DNA of 58,493 nt, counting the filler, from Dugesia japonica (taxonomy: Eukaryota), in assembly GCA_001938525.1 (NCBI GenBank). It is 5 parts of 5 records of this genome, joined end to end, with 100 filler letters (N's around TTAATTAATTAA, not from the genome) between each part and the next. Parts side by side here need not be neighbours in the genome. Positions count along the whole stretch, not along the records: positions 16,940 to 28,821 come from MQRL01384375.1; positions 28,922 to 49,040 come from MQRL01648348.1; 3 more parts are not named here. One strand, written 5' to 3'. Positions 25,701-38,539 of the stretch are shown here, one piece after another. Under the pieces are notes generated by a model. It was given only the letters and a program-made list of their open reading frames with translations. It ran no database searches and was not told the origin of the DNA. The position numbers and the translations under genes were made by a program. The first letter of the stretch is position 1. The number at the start of each line of letters is the position of its first letter.

Positions 25701-26876
25701 ATGTTGAATACTAATAAAACTGAAGTTCATTTGCAATCCATGGTATGGTATCATGGGCCTATAACTCGTGAAACAGCCGAACAACTATTACAACCAAGAG
25801 AAGAAGGATTGTTTTTGATAAGAGAAAGTGTTAATTATCCCGGAGATTTTACATTATGTGTTTGTTATCAAGATGGTGTGCAGCACTATAGAATTATATA
25901 TGANGGCAAAAATAGATTTACTATAGATGAAGAAGAATATTTTTCTAGTTTAGAAGAACTTGTTGAATTTTATATTTCTGATGCAAATGGATTAGTGACT
26001 TGTTTAACAAAACCTTTACCAAAGTCAGGTCTACCAGTTTATCCACCTGTTATTCACTACTTTCAACAAGCAGGGTGGGTATTTCCTAGAGAAGGTTTAA
26101 GTCTCGAAGAGTGCCTTGGGAAAGGTGACTTTGCAGAAGTTTTTAAAGCTCACTATAATGGTAAAGTGTTAGCAGCTAAGTGTGTATTACAAAGTAGTAA
26201 TTTGACATTTGTCGGAATTAAAGAAGCATCTGTCATGACAACAGTTAAACATTCAAATTTAGTTCAATTTCATGGATTAGTTATTGATTCAGATAAAATT
26301 TATCTTTTAACTGAATATATGTTAAATGGATCTCTTGTAAACTATTTAAGAACACGTGGTAAATCTGGAATCACTCTGTTAAATCAGCTCAATTTTTCGA
26401 TCAATGTTGCAAACGGCATGTCATATCTAGAACTAAAAGGTTTAGTTCATCGTGATCTTGCTTGTCGGAATATACTTTTAGATAAAAATATGGCTGCTAA
26501 AATTGCAGATTTTGGTTTGTGTAGAGAATCAGATTCCGATGAACTCGGAGGTCGTGTTCCGATTAAATGGACTGCTCCTGAAGCAGTTAAATGTAATCAG
26601 TTTAGTTCTATGTCTGATATGTGGTCGTTTGGTGTTGTTTTATGGGAAATTTACAGTTTTGGTAAACTGCCGTACTCGGGTATTTCTGTTCAACATGTTA
26701 TGTCAGAAATTGAACAAGGCTTTCGGTTACCTTGTCCCCAAAATTGTCCACCAGAAATTTATTCTCTCATGGATGCAGCTTGGGTCATTAACCCTCGTCA
26801 TCGACCAAATTTTAAACAAGCTCATAAAATCTTAACCACAATTCTTAATTCCATAAACATATCTTCTCGGTGTTAA
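25701..26876 (+). CDS. Csk: Csk-family non-receptor tyrosine kinase (SH2 plus kinase, no SH3), intronless, 391 aa
   Basis: SH2 [39 protein letters not shown] and linker [12 protein letters not shown]...FQQAGW. Kinase motifs [17 protein letters not shown] and DFGL...PIKWTAPEA. The short activation loop has no Tyr and there is no C-terminal regulatory Tyr, as in Csk. Confidence 0.92.
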   Translation: MLNTNKTEVHLQSMVWYHGPITRETAEQLLQPREEGLFLIRESVNYPGDFTLCVCYQDGVQHYRIIYXGKNRFTIDEEEYFSSLEELVEFYISDANGLVTCLTKPLPKSGLPVYPPVIHYFQQAGWVFPREGLSLEECLGKGDFAEVFKAHYNGKVLAAKCVLQSSNLTFVGIKEASVMTTVKHSNLVQFHGLVIDSDKIYLLTEYMLNGSLVNYLRTRGKSGITLLNQLNFSINVANGMSYLELKGLVHRDLACRNILLDKNMAAKIADFGLCRESDSDELGGRVPIKWTAPEAVKCNQFSSMSDMWSFGVVLWEIYSFGKLPYSGISVQHVMSEIEQGFRLPCPQNCPPEIYSLMDAAWVINPRHRPNFKQAHKILTTILNSINISSRC

Positions 26877-27924
26877 ATAATTTCTAATTTTCCTTTTTTT
26901 ATATAGGTGAGTTGATTAATCATCTATTATTGATCTGCACGTTTGTATATACATATATGTAATAGATATTTTATTACAATTATTATTGAATATTAGAATG
27001 TTGGGTAGATATCATCATCTGATTCGTTGATGGGTTATTATCGATCGATAATGTTCGATATTTATATATCAAGGATTTTTTTTCCTGTGGTAATATAGAT
27101 AATTAACAGAACAGTGGGTATCTTTTCGTGTTTATAGATGTTGTATTTATTTTTTGTTTATATTTTCTTTAAATAAAGATTTATTTTTATTCTCACTAAC
27201 AACGACTATGATTTTTTAATAGTTTATGACAATTTAAAAAACAATTGGTATTGTGTGTGCTATGAACATTGTACTATTATCAGATTTCATTAATTAATGT
27301 GTTTTAAAAAACCGGTTAAACTAACAAATTAAACGTAATTATACTAGACTTAATATGCGGGTGATTTTTGGATAGAAAATCAATTAATATTCACTGTCCA
27401 AGGTCGGTGTAGAAAATTGTTTTTTTATCAATTACAATGTATTAAACCAGATATATCTGATTTAAATGTATTCAAAAGCAATTTTCAACTTAATGATAAT
27501 CGACCATGCAATTAATTTTTTAATATATTGAGGAAAATAAAACACAAGATAGAATAATTCCTAATTGCTTTTGGAAATAATTTTAATATATTTCCCGGGA
27601 AATCGAGGAATGTAATAAAAAAGAAATCAAATTATAAAACGCGTTTTTTAGCAATATTTAATAAAAACTTCAAATCATGAAATGCATTCAAATATGGTTA
27701 TCATTTTCGAAATCGCTTCCTTCATAAAATATGTTGCCGAGTCTCACTATTATCAATTTGAGTTATTTCGTAATCAATTAAATTGCCAAGATGTTCATAT
27801 TGAAAATTTTTTCTTGCTTATTTTCCATAATTTCATTTATTACATTAAAATCGGTAGATACTAAATTAAGCGGTTATTTTATATCCAATATAACTTTAAT
27901 GTAAGCAGAAAATTTAAAATAATA

Positions 27925-28680
27925 TTAGGTGTTCAGGTATGATGACTGTCGTTTAGTAATGATATATTATTTTTCAATAAAGAAATTTTTGCAAGTTGTG
28001 TTTTTTATCTGAAGTGTAATTTAAGCGTTATCTATTTATATCTTACACAATGTTAGATGACGACATTTGTGTCTAAAAAACGTCATTTGCGACATGCATA
28101 ACATTTTTTATTCGATTTAAAGAAAAGTGCTATCGATGGACATAAAGTGCTTGTAGAGGCTTATGCCTACCATGCTTGGTCTGAAGGATTTTGCCGAGAA
28201 TGGTTTCAACGATTCAAAACCGGATTTGGGTATAAATGATGAGGACTACGGAAAACCACCAAATAAATTTGAAAATGATGAACTGCAAGCTTATTGAACG
28301 AAGACAATGCTCAAACGCATGGAGCAATTGACTGCTTCACTGAATGTAATTAAACATTCAATGGGAAAGGTTCAGAAGGAAGGAAAATGGGTACCTTATG
28401 AATTGACAGAAAGATTCAAGCTGAGAAAATTTTTGATAGAAATGAGTAAAAGAAAGTCTATCCTATATCAAATAGTTATTGAAAATGAATAGTGGATTTA
28501 TTTTGGCAATCCTAAACGTAAAAGATAGTGGATTGATCCAGGACAAACAGCACATTCAACCGTAAAACACAATTTTCATGGAAAAAAGTTATTGCGTTTG
28601 TGATGGGATCAATAAGGTATTCTGTACTATGAACTACTGAAACAGGAGAAACAATTACTGGGGAGCATTATGAACATTAT
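27925..28680 (+). mobile_element. Mos1-like mariner, 5' ITR plus decayed transposase
   Basis: TA|TTAGGTGTTCAGGTATGA...TGTCGTTT ITR, HTH region ...CREWFQRFKTG, and GKWVPYELT motif. Multiple stops; 3' truncated. Confidence 0.92.
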
Positions 28681-29089
28681 TAGTTAAATTCAAAACTTCA
28701 CAACTTTCCATAAATTGTATTTATTATTACAAGTGTATTTGATTAATATAAAAATTATGTCAAGAATAATTCAGTATTCAAACAAATAATCTGAGAAATT
28801 TTTCAATAAAATAATAAATATNNNNNNNNNNNNNNNNNNNNNNNNNNNNNNNNNNNNNNNNNNNNTTAATTAATTAANNNNNNNNNNNNNNNNNNNNNNN
28901 NNNNNNNNNNNNNNNNNNNNNGAAGTGATTCAGTTTATTTTGATATCTAATAAATATTTGTAGTAAATTGTTGTTGTATCTTAACCTAACAATCTGTATA
29001 ATGAATTTTATATGAATCTAGTTTTTGATCAATACAATCTATACATAATTAATTTTGATAATTCTAAAATATTAAAACCAATATAATTA

Positions 29090-29625
29090 AACTTGTCATG
29101 TTTTATAGTATTATTAACAAGATGAACAGCAGCTACATCTTCTGAAAATATCTTTTCTTTTTTAAATGTAGGTTTTGATAATAAATGTTTAAATTTTTTT
29201 GGATCATTTACAATTTTTATATTTTCTCTATTTCTAACATTTTCTAAAGTTTTACCATAAAAAGCATTACATAAAGGTTTAAAGAAATAATCTCCAAATT
29301 TATCATTAGTTCTCTTTGCTATTTTTCTTTGATTGATAAAGTTTTCTATTTAACCTTTTAACCAACGACTTTGTTTATATTTTATTTTTCTATGAATTTT
29401 AACATGTTTCCATTGATTATATACTTTTGTTTGTCATATTGTGTTAATAATAATTTTTCAGTTGGTTTATACTTTGCTGGTGTAATTGATTTTTGATAAT
29501 TTAAAAAATTCATTTATATTTTTTTTATAGTTTTTCTTTATTAGGTAAAAATGGAAAATGTTTTGTTCTTTCTTTAATTTCATTCGGATATTTTAAATCA
29601 ACTTCATAAGTATATTAATCGGATA
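29090..29625 (-). pseudogene. Protein-primed family B DNA polymerase fragment (Polinton/adintovirus type), palm and fingers
   Basis: Minus strand reads YEVDLKYPNEIKERTKHFPFLP ... YFFKPLCNAFYGKTLENVRNRENIKIV (KxxxNxxYGK motif). Confidence 0.85.
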
Positions 29626-30399
29626 TTAATCTAAACTTAGTATCCTCGGGTGGTGCTGTTCTAATAATTTTGTTATCCGTTATTCAACCAGATTTATTTT
29701 TAGCTTCATACTCTGCCCAAATTTGTTGCTTAAGTTCCTCGAAGTCGTATTGTCAGCGTATCCTTTGCATTTCATCATTTTAATAGTAAATTGGCTCACG
29801 ATATCCGGTTCCATAACTTGAATGCCATAGTGGCTTCCCTACTCTTACTGTTTTTTCGTACTCTCCCGTTTCCGGATATGTAATGTCGTTACTCTTTATT
29901 CCGATATTCGTTCAGTTTATCTCCTTTTCTTGATTGTCTCTTGTCATCACTTTGATATTTATTAAGTTGTTTGTTATTCTCACATTGCTGTACTTCCATT
30001 TGTGGGTATCCATAGAAATCAATTTCACTTTGGCCCTCCGGTTCATAGATATTATCTTTCTTAATATTCCCATCTTATCGTTGATTTTGATTTATCACTG
30101 GGAATAACCTCTGATGTTTTCCATATCCCTAATTTGGTACAACTTCTCGTCTTTGGCGTTTACCTTAAGAATTGTCATCACTATTGTCACTACTGCTATC
30201 TTGTCGTTTCCATGGTTTAAATACATCAACATAGGATGTTTTTCTTGCTTTTTGTTTTTGCATGTCATCACATATTGCACAAATTTGTTCAAATCTGCAT
30301 ATCGCTTCCGCCCACTTGATTAAGATATTGCAATAATCTTCTTGTATTATCTAAATCGTTTTAATGATTGTTTACAATACGGAATTTGCTCACGATATG

Positions 30400-32201
30400 A
30401 ATAATCCCATAATTATTAGCCATGACACTATTCTTTCTTTCTTGTATAAATCAAAACAAGCCAATAATTGAGTCAATAACACCTTAAACGTTTTCACAAT
30501 AAATATTATTACCAATAATCTTGCCATTGCTTGTCTAAACACTATAAATCGACCCCACGTTTCCTTATATTATATTTGCTGTTGCCTGAGGAAAGTGATC
30601 TGGTGATAACAATAATTTAGTATTCGGTCTCCATTCTGACTTAAACGCTCATCCAGTGACATACACAATGTTTGCTAAATTTTGCATTCGTTTGACTGGA
30701 AAAAATATATGCCTCTGGCTTTTTTCAGATCCTTCAATTTATAAATAGCACCCGCTGCTACATTTAACGGTTTGAATTTCTGTCCAGTTCTAAACTTCAA
30801 CGCTGAAAAATTTCTCACCTATGTATCCACATGTAATCTCTCAGGAAATTGCATCCACTTGTTATTAGCTATTTTAAAGTAAGGTCCAAAAAAATTAGAA
30901 CAGTTCAGTTTATGTGGAACAAATCCATTTGGTGATATTACTCGATTGATAGGCTGCACATATCTCTTTTCCCTTATGTAATCAATTTTCATCTCATTGT
31001 AGCAAGTTTTCTCTTTTGATAAAATTGCTTCTACTCGACTACGTTGATAAATAAACATAACTTCTCCAATAAAATACATCCGAATTACCATCTTCCGATG
31101 GTAACACTGGGGTTACATTGTCAATGTTTGTTATCGCTGTTGCCAATTTTTCCCGCAATATTTCGCGATTTAATTAGTAATCACTATAAACCAAATCATG
31201 ATACATTTTCTCCATAGATTATTGGGTTGGTGATACAGAGTGTCCACTTTATTATTTAAATATAAATGTAACTTGATGTCCTGAGGCAATACTCCATCTC
31301 TCGGCTTTTCCAGTATCCGCTTTTATACGAAGATTCTATTGTACTTAGTTTTATAGGCAATTTCTCCACATATGGCTTCTGATTTTTTTTGGATTAATCC
31401 GATCCTGTTATTCGCATCGGTTGCTATTAGTACGGTTGGGGTGTTTCATTGCTTCTTACACTTTCCCGGCGGCTGGCATTCTCCCCTCTTCCTTTGATTT
31501 AACAATTCTCTGTCTTCCATTCTCATCAAACAAAACCTCTCTAAGAAACGACATTGTGCATTCTTGATGATTGACTTGTTATACGAGAGTTGACTCTCCC
31601 GTGTTACACGAACTATCTGAGGCTAAACACATTGGACACATTTTCATCTTTTTCGTCGTGGTATCAAATAATTCATCAAATTCTTTTAATTCAGCTCAAT
31701 AACTTTCTATTGCTACGACTCCAGCCGCATAGCCGAAAGGACTAGTGTATTTTCCTTGTACGAAATCAATCCTTCTGCGAAAAGGCGGGTTTGTACTACT
31801 TGACTACTTTTGGCATTAATTATCTTCACTTCACTCACGTGTATTTTATCGGTTGCAAATCCAGATTCACATTGTTATCGTGTGATGAGAACATGTATTA
31901 CTTCCATATCTAAGGGTAAAATTGCCGAATAACTACTTCCTACACACCAATACACAAATACTTGCACTGTTACTTTACATTCCATTACCTCTGTCTTGTA
32001 ATAATCTGATTCTTGGTACACATAATAATTCATTGATTTTTGTACTACTTCCCATTTTTCTGGATTTGCCACAGGACATTCATCTGCATCAGTTAATGAA
32101 TATACCGTTTCCCCGATATTCATATAAGCTTGAATTGCTGCACCTCGGCTCATTAAGAACATTAAAATTAACACCATGAACTTTGACTGCATACTGCTCA
32201 T
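30400..32201 (-). pseudogene. Chuvirus-like (class III fusion) envelope glycoprotein pseudogene, endogenous viral element
   Basis: Signal peptide, then AY..YSLTDADEC..Q..EVMECKVTVQVFVYWCVGSSY. Later segments are GKYTSPFG..GVV, CLASDSSC, ICGEIAYKT, MYHDLVY..LNREILREKLATA and GEVMFIY..VE..CYNEMKI..YVQPINRVI..C..PYFKI..W..P. Colinear with the chuvirus G layout; several stops and frameshifts. Confidence 0.8.
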
Positions 32202-34199
32202 TCTTGGACTTCAATTCGTTTCAATTCCATATTCTCCAATATAATCTTTTAATAATGCATGTAATTGTTCGTTTCATTTGTGATGCGAATTCGTTTTTGA
32301 TTTTATCTTTTTGATAATTCCGTTCCACCTTCCGACGTTCATTAATATCGGTTCAATTTGATCGTATATTATTCCGATTATTAGCAGAGCGCTTAACTGT
32401 AATTTCATTTCTGGTCTACAAATTGTCAGAGCTATTTGCGTTTGTTTTACTAAATATGCAAGTGCCACTAATAATCTTCGAGTCATCAAACAATTTGTCA
32501 ATAATCCTTGTACCACCTTTCACCACCTTCTGGTTTAACGTATATTTTATTTTCTACCTTTTATCGGATATCTAATGTTCGATGATATCGTTATTCAATA
32601 ACTCCTAATTATTCAATAGTAATACATATGGCGGTTTGAATGTCATTTTAGATTTTATCTGCTATACTGTCTCGTAAGTCAAANTCGAAATTCTCGTTTC
32701 GTGACCATCTGATTCCACAATTCTGAAGCTAAATATAAGTGGTGTCGGTTCTCCTTCTTCACACTTTTTTTTATATCAATATCAGCAGTTTAAATTGTTT
32801 TGGTCTCCATTTACATTCTTCTTTACATCTGGATAATTTGTAAGTTAATGCTTTCAATTCCTCAATTGACAAATCATTCTGTAATAATTGATCTGCTAAG
32901 TACTCCACGCTAGTTTTATTTATACTTTTCTCCTGAATTTTAGATTGATATTATTGACATAATATCCTATTGTTTTTCTACACAAATTCTCTCTGATTGA
33001 TTTTAATATAAACGGGTTTCTCTCACCTTCTCACTCTTAAAAATATAGACATTCAGCATAGATTCCGGCCATATTCCTGATCTTCTTACTGGATACTCAT
33101 CATGATCCTCAGTGATCTCTCCTCCACAATAAACTACAATATCATATCGTTTAGTAATTGATGTATTCTCTTTTTCACTTGCAATTTATTACCTCTTGAA
33201 TATTCAACTCTGCATTTGACTATAATTCTCATAAATCGTTAGTGATATTTTTGCTGTAGTTTGTTTCAAACGTTTCCACGGTTCGCTTTCATTTTCTTAT
33301 TCTGCTTTTCGTTCAATTTCGTCGTCAGTACCGATTCTCAAATATTCCATTTTATCTATTTCGTTTAAGTACAAACAAATAACCATGACTTATACTTTCC
33401 ATTTAATATTATTTTTCGAATACTTTTATTAATATTTCGATTTAAAAACCTGTTAAAGTTTAGAAATGTACCTTTAGTATACTCATAACTGAAATAAGCT
33501 TGGATGATCAATCAACGCTGAATGAATTGTTCTCGAGAATCAACCAACTAATAAAAATGTCAGATACATCATTCATCAGTTTGAAGAGATCGCCGATGAA
33601 AATTCGAGTAAATCAATGATTACAGCAGAAATACTCGGATATAAGAAATTGGAAAACAAAGTGGCTCCAATATGGAAAGTTAAAAGTACTAAAAAGATAG
33701 AATAGATTTGTTATGTTAGTAAATATTTTAAGTTGAACATGACTTTTAGTTATTACTGTTGTATTTAATTAATGTTGTCTTATTATTTTATAAAAATTAA
33801 TTAAAAGTACAAACACAATGAAAACAANATTTAATCAATAAATTTTATAATTTTCTAAATTTCGTTTGTTGACAGCATATGTAAGAATACTGAAAATGTA
33901 TTAGTTCATCAAAGTAGATTATAATTATATTATAATTATAATTAATATTTATTATTACATTATTATTATTATTAAAATTCTTTATTAAAAAAAGGTGAAA
34001 CATTCTTATTTTTGCTGGTAGATAATTTTAAATTGTAACATTTTAAAAAAAAAACACATTTGATGTAATTCTAACAAAAACACTTGGATTAGTCAAATAA
34101 AAATATTCCGGGGCGATATAATTGCAACTCAAGGAGCTGATGAATTTAGAGTATAAAATCAAAATTTTTTAATGATATAGAAGTTGCAATCAAGTGAAT

Positions 34200-34500
34200 A
34201 TTCAAGGATAGTCAATGTCCATTATACATCCAGATAATTTACAAACGGATTTAAGTAAGAAATTTTACAAATNAGAAGTTAAAAATTTTCTATCACAAAC
34301 TAATCATAAACTGTTATACTGTACTTTAACAAACAAGGGGGGCTCATGAAGAAACATTTAGTTGTACACTAAGAGATGCTTTGAAAAAATACTTTATGTA
34401 TAGTGATAATAGAATATGCGTTGCCAAAATATATTGATAATTATAATCATTCATCTCATAAAAGTTTAAAAGAATCAAGAACAGTTGATGTTGTTGCATC
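34200..34500 (+). pseudogene. Retroviral-type integrase fragment (Polinton type)
   Basis: PDNLQTDLSKKFY..EVKNFL...LPKYIDNYNHSSHKSLKESRTVDV matches P..LQTDxGxEF...YN...H.s....P..V. Confidence 0.75.
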
Positions 34501-34647
34501 TTTGAATTATTCCAAAAAAAATTTCTATTATTTAGTTAAGCCTGTCTTGATAGAAAACAAACTATTGTTTTATCTCTTAGATTTTTAAATAGTACCAAGT
34601 ATTGAACATTTATATTACGGGTTCTATGATAATAAATAATAAATTAC

Positions 34648-34971
34648 TCAAAATAAATTTTGAGTTACATTACAAAGTCTAGATATCTTTGTGAATAAAT
34701 TGCTAGCATCTTTCTCCTTGTTTGCTTCCTGATACTGATGATCAGCAACAATTACATCACCTGGTTTCAGTCTTTTGCTCATAATACTACCCAATCGATT
34801 TATAATTGCCATCTTTATATTTCTAAACAATGATTGAGTAAATCCGTGTTCTTCATCTGCCCTTCTATGCCAGTATATTTTATTGAATTTTGATTTAAAT
34901 ATGATTTCAATAATTTGCATACATAGTTTTTCCACTGCCACTAGAACTAACGATTTGATATACAGCATCAT
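34648..34971 (-). pseudogene. A32/FtsK-like packaging ATPase fragment (Polinton type)
   Basis: FNKIYW...DVIVADHQYQE...ASNLFTKISRLCNVT resembles the Walker B followed by LFTxxSxHxN. Walker A is missing. Confidence 0.6.
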
Positions 34972-36469
34972 TTCGTAATTTATTAATTTTAGAAATTGAT
35001 AATTTAGTACTTTGTTTATACTTGTTAAACGATTAATTTAAAACAAAGCACATATTTGAAAGCATATTTCACATATCTGAACAATATACTACCATATTTA
35101 CCACCCTTTTTCTCAGTTAAATCTTTATTTTGTAAACAATCAGGCAAAACAAAATTTTATAAATTATATTTAAATTATTATGTTACATTAAATTTGTAAT
35201 NAAAATTATTTAGTATTTTCACCTTTCTTCAAATACCAATTTCGGAATTGTTAATTAAAATTATAATTGAAAATTAAAATTAAAATATTGAGTATATATT
35301 AAAATATCTTTTGACGATTTTAAGTATTACAATATTAAATTAGAGATTTTTTTAATTTTCTTGATGCCTGGGTTATTTTTTAAAACATTCTTTCATTAAA
35401 AATTAATGAGAGTTTATTTGTTTGAATATTTTACATATTCATATTTTTTTAAATTCCAACATAAACCAAAACAAATTGTGGTNNNNNNNNNNNNNNNNNN
35501 NNNNNNNNNNNNNNNNNNNNNNNNNNNNNATTATAATAAAGGTGTAAATATGTTAATACAGTAACAGTAGAACGTCGGCTGCTTGTTAATTGTGACATTT
35601 GCAAATTTTAAAATAATAAATAGAACTAAAATAAGTTTCAAAGTGAAATTTAAATTAAATAACAGATTTATTAAATTTATAATTTAGAAAATATAAATAA
35701 ATGATTTTAAAATTAATCATATAAAATAAAAAGTATTTATTCTATAAATGTTGATTGTTTGAATGTTATGTATGATGATTTTACTAGGATTATTTCGATT
35801 CTACGTAAAACTTTTAATAATTCACAATATCATCTGAAATATAACTTTTTTTCGATTTTCTTTAGTTTCTTCTCATCGCTTAACAAAATTAAAATATCAT
35901 TTAAAGCATAACAAATTGAATATTATGAATGACTTTTTGATTTTAAAATAACCATTTTGTAAATAGTAAAGAATACTATCACTTTTAAACAAAAGAAATG
36001 CTTTGAAATAATATGTCGATTACAATAATCTTTCTTGAATGAATTCAAACAAATGAAATATTTTAATAAATAAATAAACAAAATAAATATTTATACATTA
36101 TACGTTATATTGTTGTTGTTGTATATTGCTCTGAATTTATATACTGAAAATATGCTTTAAAAATCGTTAATGTTTCTTAATTTAAACCAAAAATGAAACA
36201 ATTTCAGTTCATTTAAAAATATAATAAATAATAAATAACATAAAATCATTAAAATACATAAATTGAAACAAAAATATTGATTACATAACCAGAACGTGAT
36301 CATTACGTAGCTATGATGTCATTATTAAGTAACCATGGATGCATTCAAATTGTGTATTCAAATTACACAAATTTTGACCAATCAAAAACTGTTAAAATCG
36401 GAAACAGTTAACATTTAAAAAAACTACTGTGAGGGGTAATGTACCCACGCGCTCCAATCTACCTAATAG

Positions 36470-38040
36470 TCTAAAGTATTGTTTTACTACAACTATACTA
36501 CTATTATATTTTATCATAATATACATTTTTCAGTCATAATGCTGATATTTCAAACTATATTTACTTTCTATTATAATGCTTATTTTTCAACATATTAAAA
36601 AATATTATCTTCTGGTTGTTTTATATGTCCTTTGATATTGGAATATGTTGTATGCAATAGGTTTTGATATTCTTGATAGACGGGTAACCAAAATGAACGG
36701 AAATGGGTAAGAATTGGCGAATACTATTTTGTTTACAGGTTTAATTTGAAACACTATTCAAAGTTCTTCACCGAGATTCGACGTTTGAGTATTGACAATT
36801 AAGGGTTTATTAACTAGATAATTGATATCAGTGTCGAGTCTATTAGGGATGGTGAGATTAAAACATTTAGGATTTAGTGATTTATTATTTAAAGATGGTA
36901 TTAAGACTTCGATTGAAATAATTTAGTATACAAAGTTAATTTAAATTAATATACAAAATAATGAATTAAAAATTAAATACTTTACCAAATTCGCCATCCA
37001 TAACTAAAGAGAAATAAATAAATAATTGAGTATTAACAAAACAGTAAGTAATTATTTTAATATAACAAGTAAATAAAAAAGATAGATTTTAATATACTTG
37101 TTCCTGGATTATTTAATAAACAGGCATATACATTTATACTAGTTGATATAGAATTAAACACTGCTTATACGTGGCCTAAGAAACTAGCTTCGAAAAATGC
37201 CACTTTTTGTTCGGAGTAAGTAGATTGTAGCACATCCAACCATCCCCATCCAGGGCATACGTTTTGAATCAAAACCAGTACTATAGAATAGAAAATTTAA
37301 AAATCATTTGGAAATACATCATGAACATGTATTATCGAATGTTTTCTTCTTTATGGAAATTGAGGCTAAAGGAAAATGAATAATTTGATTTTTTAAATAT
37401 GTGTAAAAATGAAATTACGGGAAAGCTATGATGACACACTAACGCAATAAATTGACAAATAATATAATTGAATTATATTTCAAATAGAATATAAAGGTAA
37501 AACATTATTAAAGATGTAAACTGCAAAAACGGTATACAGCTGCCATTTTAAAATATTTAAAGTTGCAATGCATACCATTTGATAGAACATTAATATTTAT
37601 CTCTACATCGCTTAATGANTTACTATTAAAAGTGTTTATTTCTGCACAATTCAAAAAGTAATGAAAAAAGACCGCTTCTCCTTTTGAGGCTAAAGTATTT
37701 TTTACTACAACTATACAACTAGTATTTTATATCATAATACACATTTTTCAGTCATAATTTTGATATTTTATAAAATATTTATTTTCTTTTATGTTATTTT
37801 TAAACCATATTAAACAAGGTTATTTGCGGGTTGTATTAAATGGGTTTTGATATTGGAATTTGCTCTATGCAATAGACTTTGGTATTCTCGATATATGGGA
37901 TATTAAATGGACGGAACCACTATTCAAAGTTCTTTACCAAGTTTCTATATTTGAGTATTGACAANTAAGGTTTTATTAACTGAAATAATTTGAATCAATG
38001 TCGAGCTTATAAGAGATGATTAGATTTAAAAGTTAAGGAT
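36470..38040. repeat. Diverged direct duplication (~36470-36880 and ~37690-38040)
   Basis: Shared blocks CTAAAGTATT..TACTACAACTATAC, CATTTTTCAGTCATAAT, GATATTGGAAT and CACTATTCAAAGTTCTT. Confidence 0.85.
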
Positions 38041-38049
38041 TTCAAATTA

Positions 38050-38260
38050 TGCCGTCTAATTGGCATTGTGGAAATATATTTTCAAATTTCAAAATTTAGT
38101 AAAATTATCAGGCTTCTAGTAACAAGTTGTATTACAACGCCTGAAAATCTTGAAAATAAAAAAGATATTCTTAATATTAAGAATATTGATAATTTTTGCT
38201 ATATCTACAGTATACTTGCTGTTCTCAATCAAGATGAATTTACAGAAAACAAGCGTTGAT
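38050..38260 (+). pseudogene. N-terminal fragment of Polinton/adintovirus-type pPolB
   Basis: TSCITTPENLENKKDILNIKNIDNFCYIYSILAVL matches SSYIxLPxxxxNKKAxINIKNxDNxCFxWSILAxL. Confidence 0.75.
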
Positions 38261-38539
38261 TGACGAAATAACAAAAATATGACTGATTTAGTGTATAACA
38301 AAACCCTGTGCCTATGAAGCATTCAAATATCCAAAAAATTGGAGTAGTAAATCTGGGATATGCTATCAACTTCTTTTCAGAGACCTCATAAAAATTAAAA
38401 GTTATGATGATGTTGTTATGAAACATCCAAATTTAGATATTAGTAGATGCATAATAGAGCACTAATGATGCCAAAACCAAAGCACAAAAAAACCTTAAAA
38501 GTAGTGGAACAAAACAAANAAATTCCATCTTGTCATATA

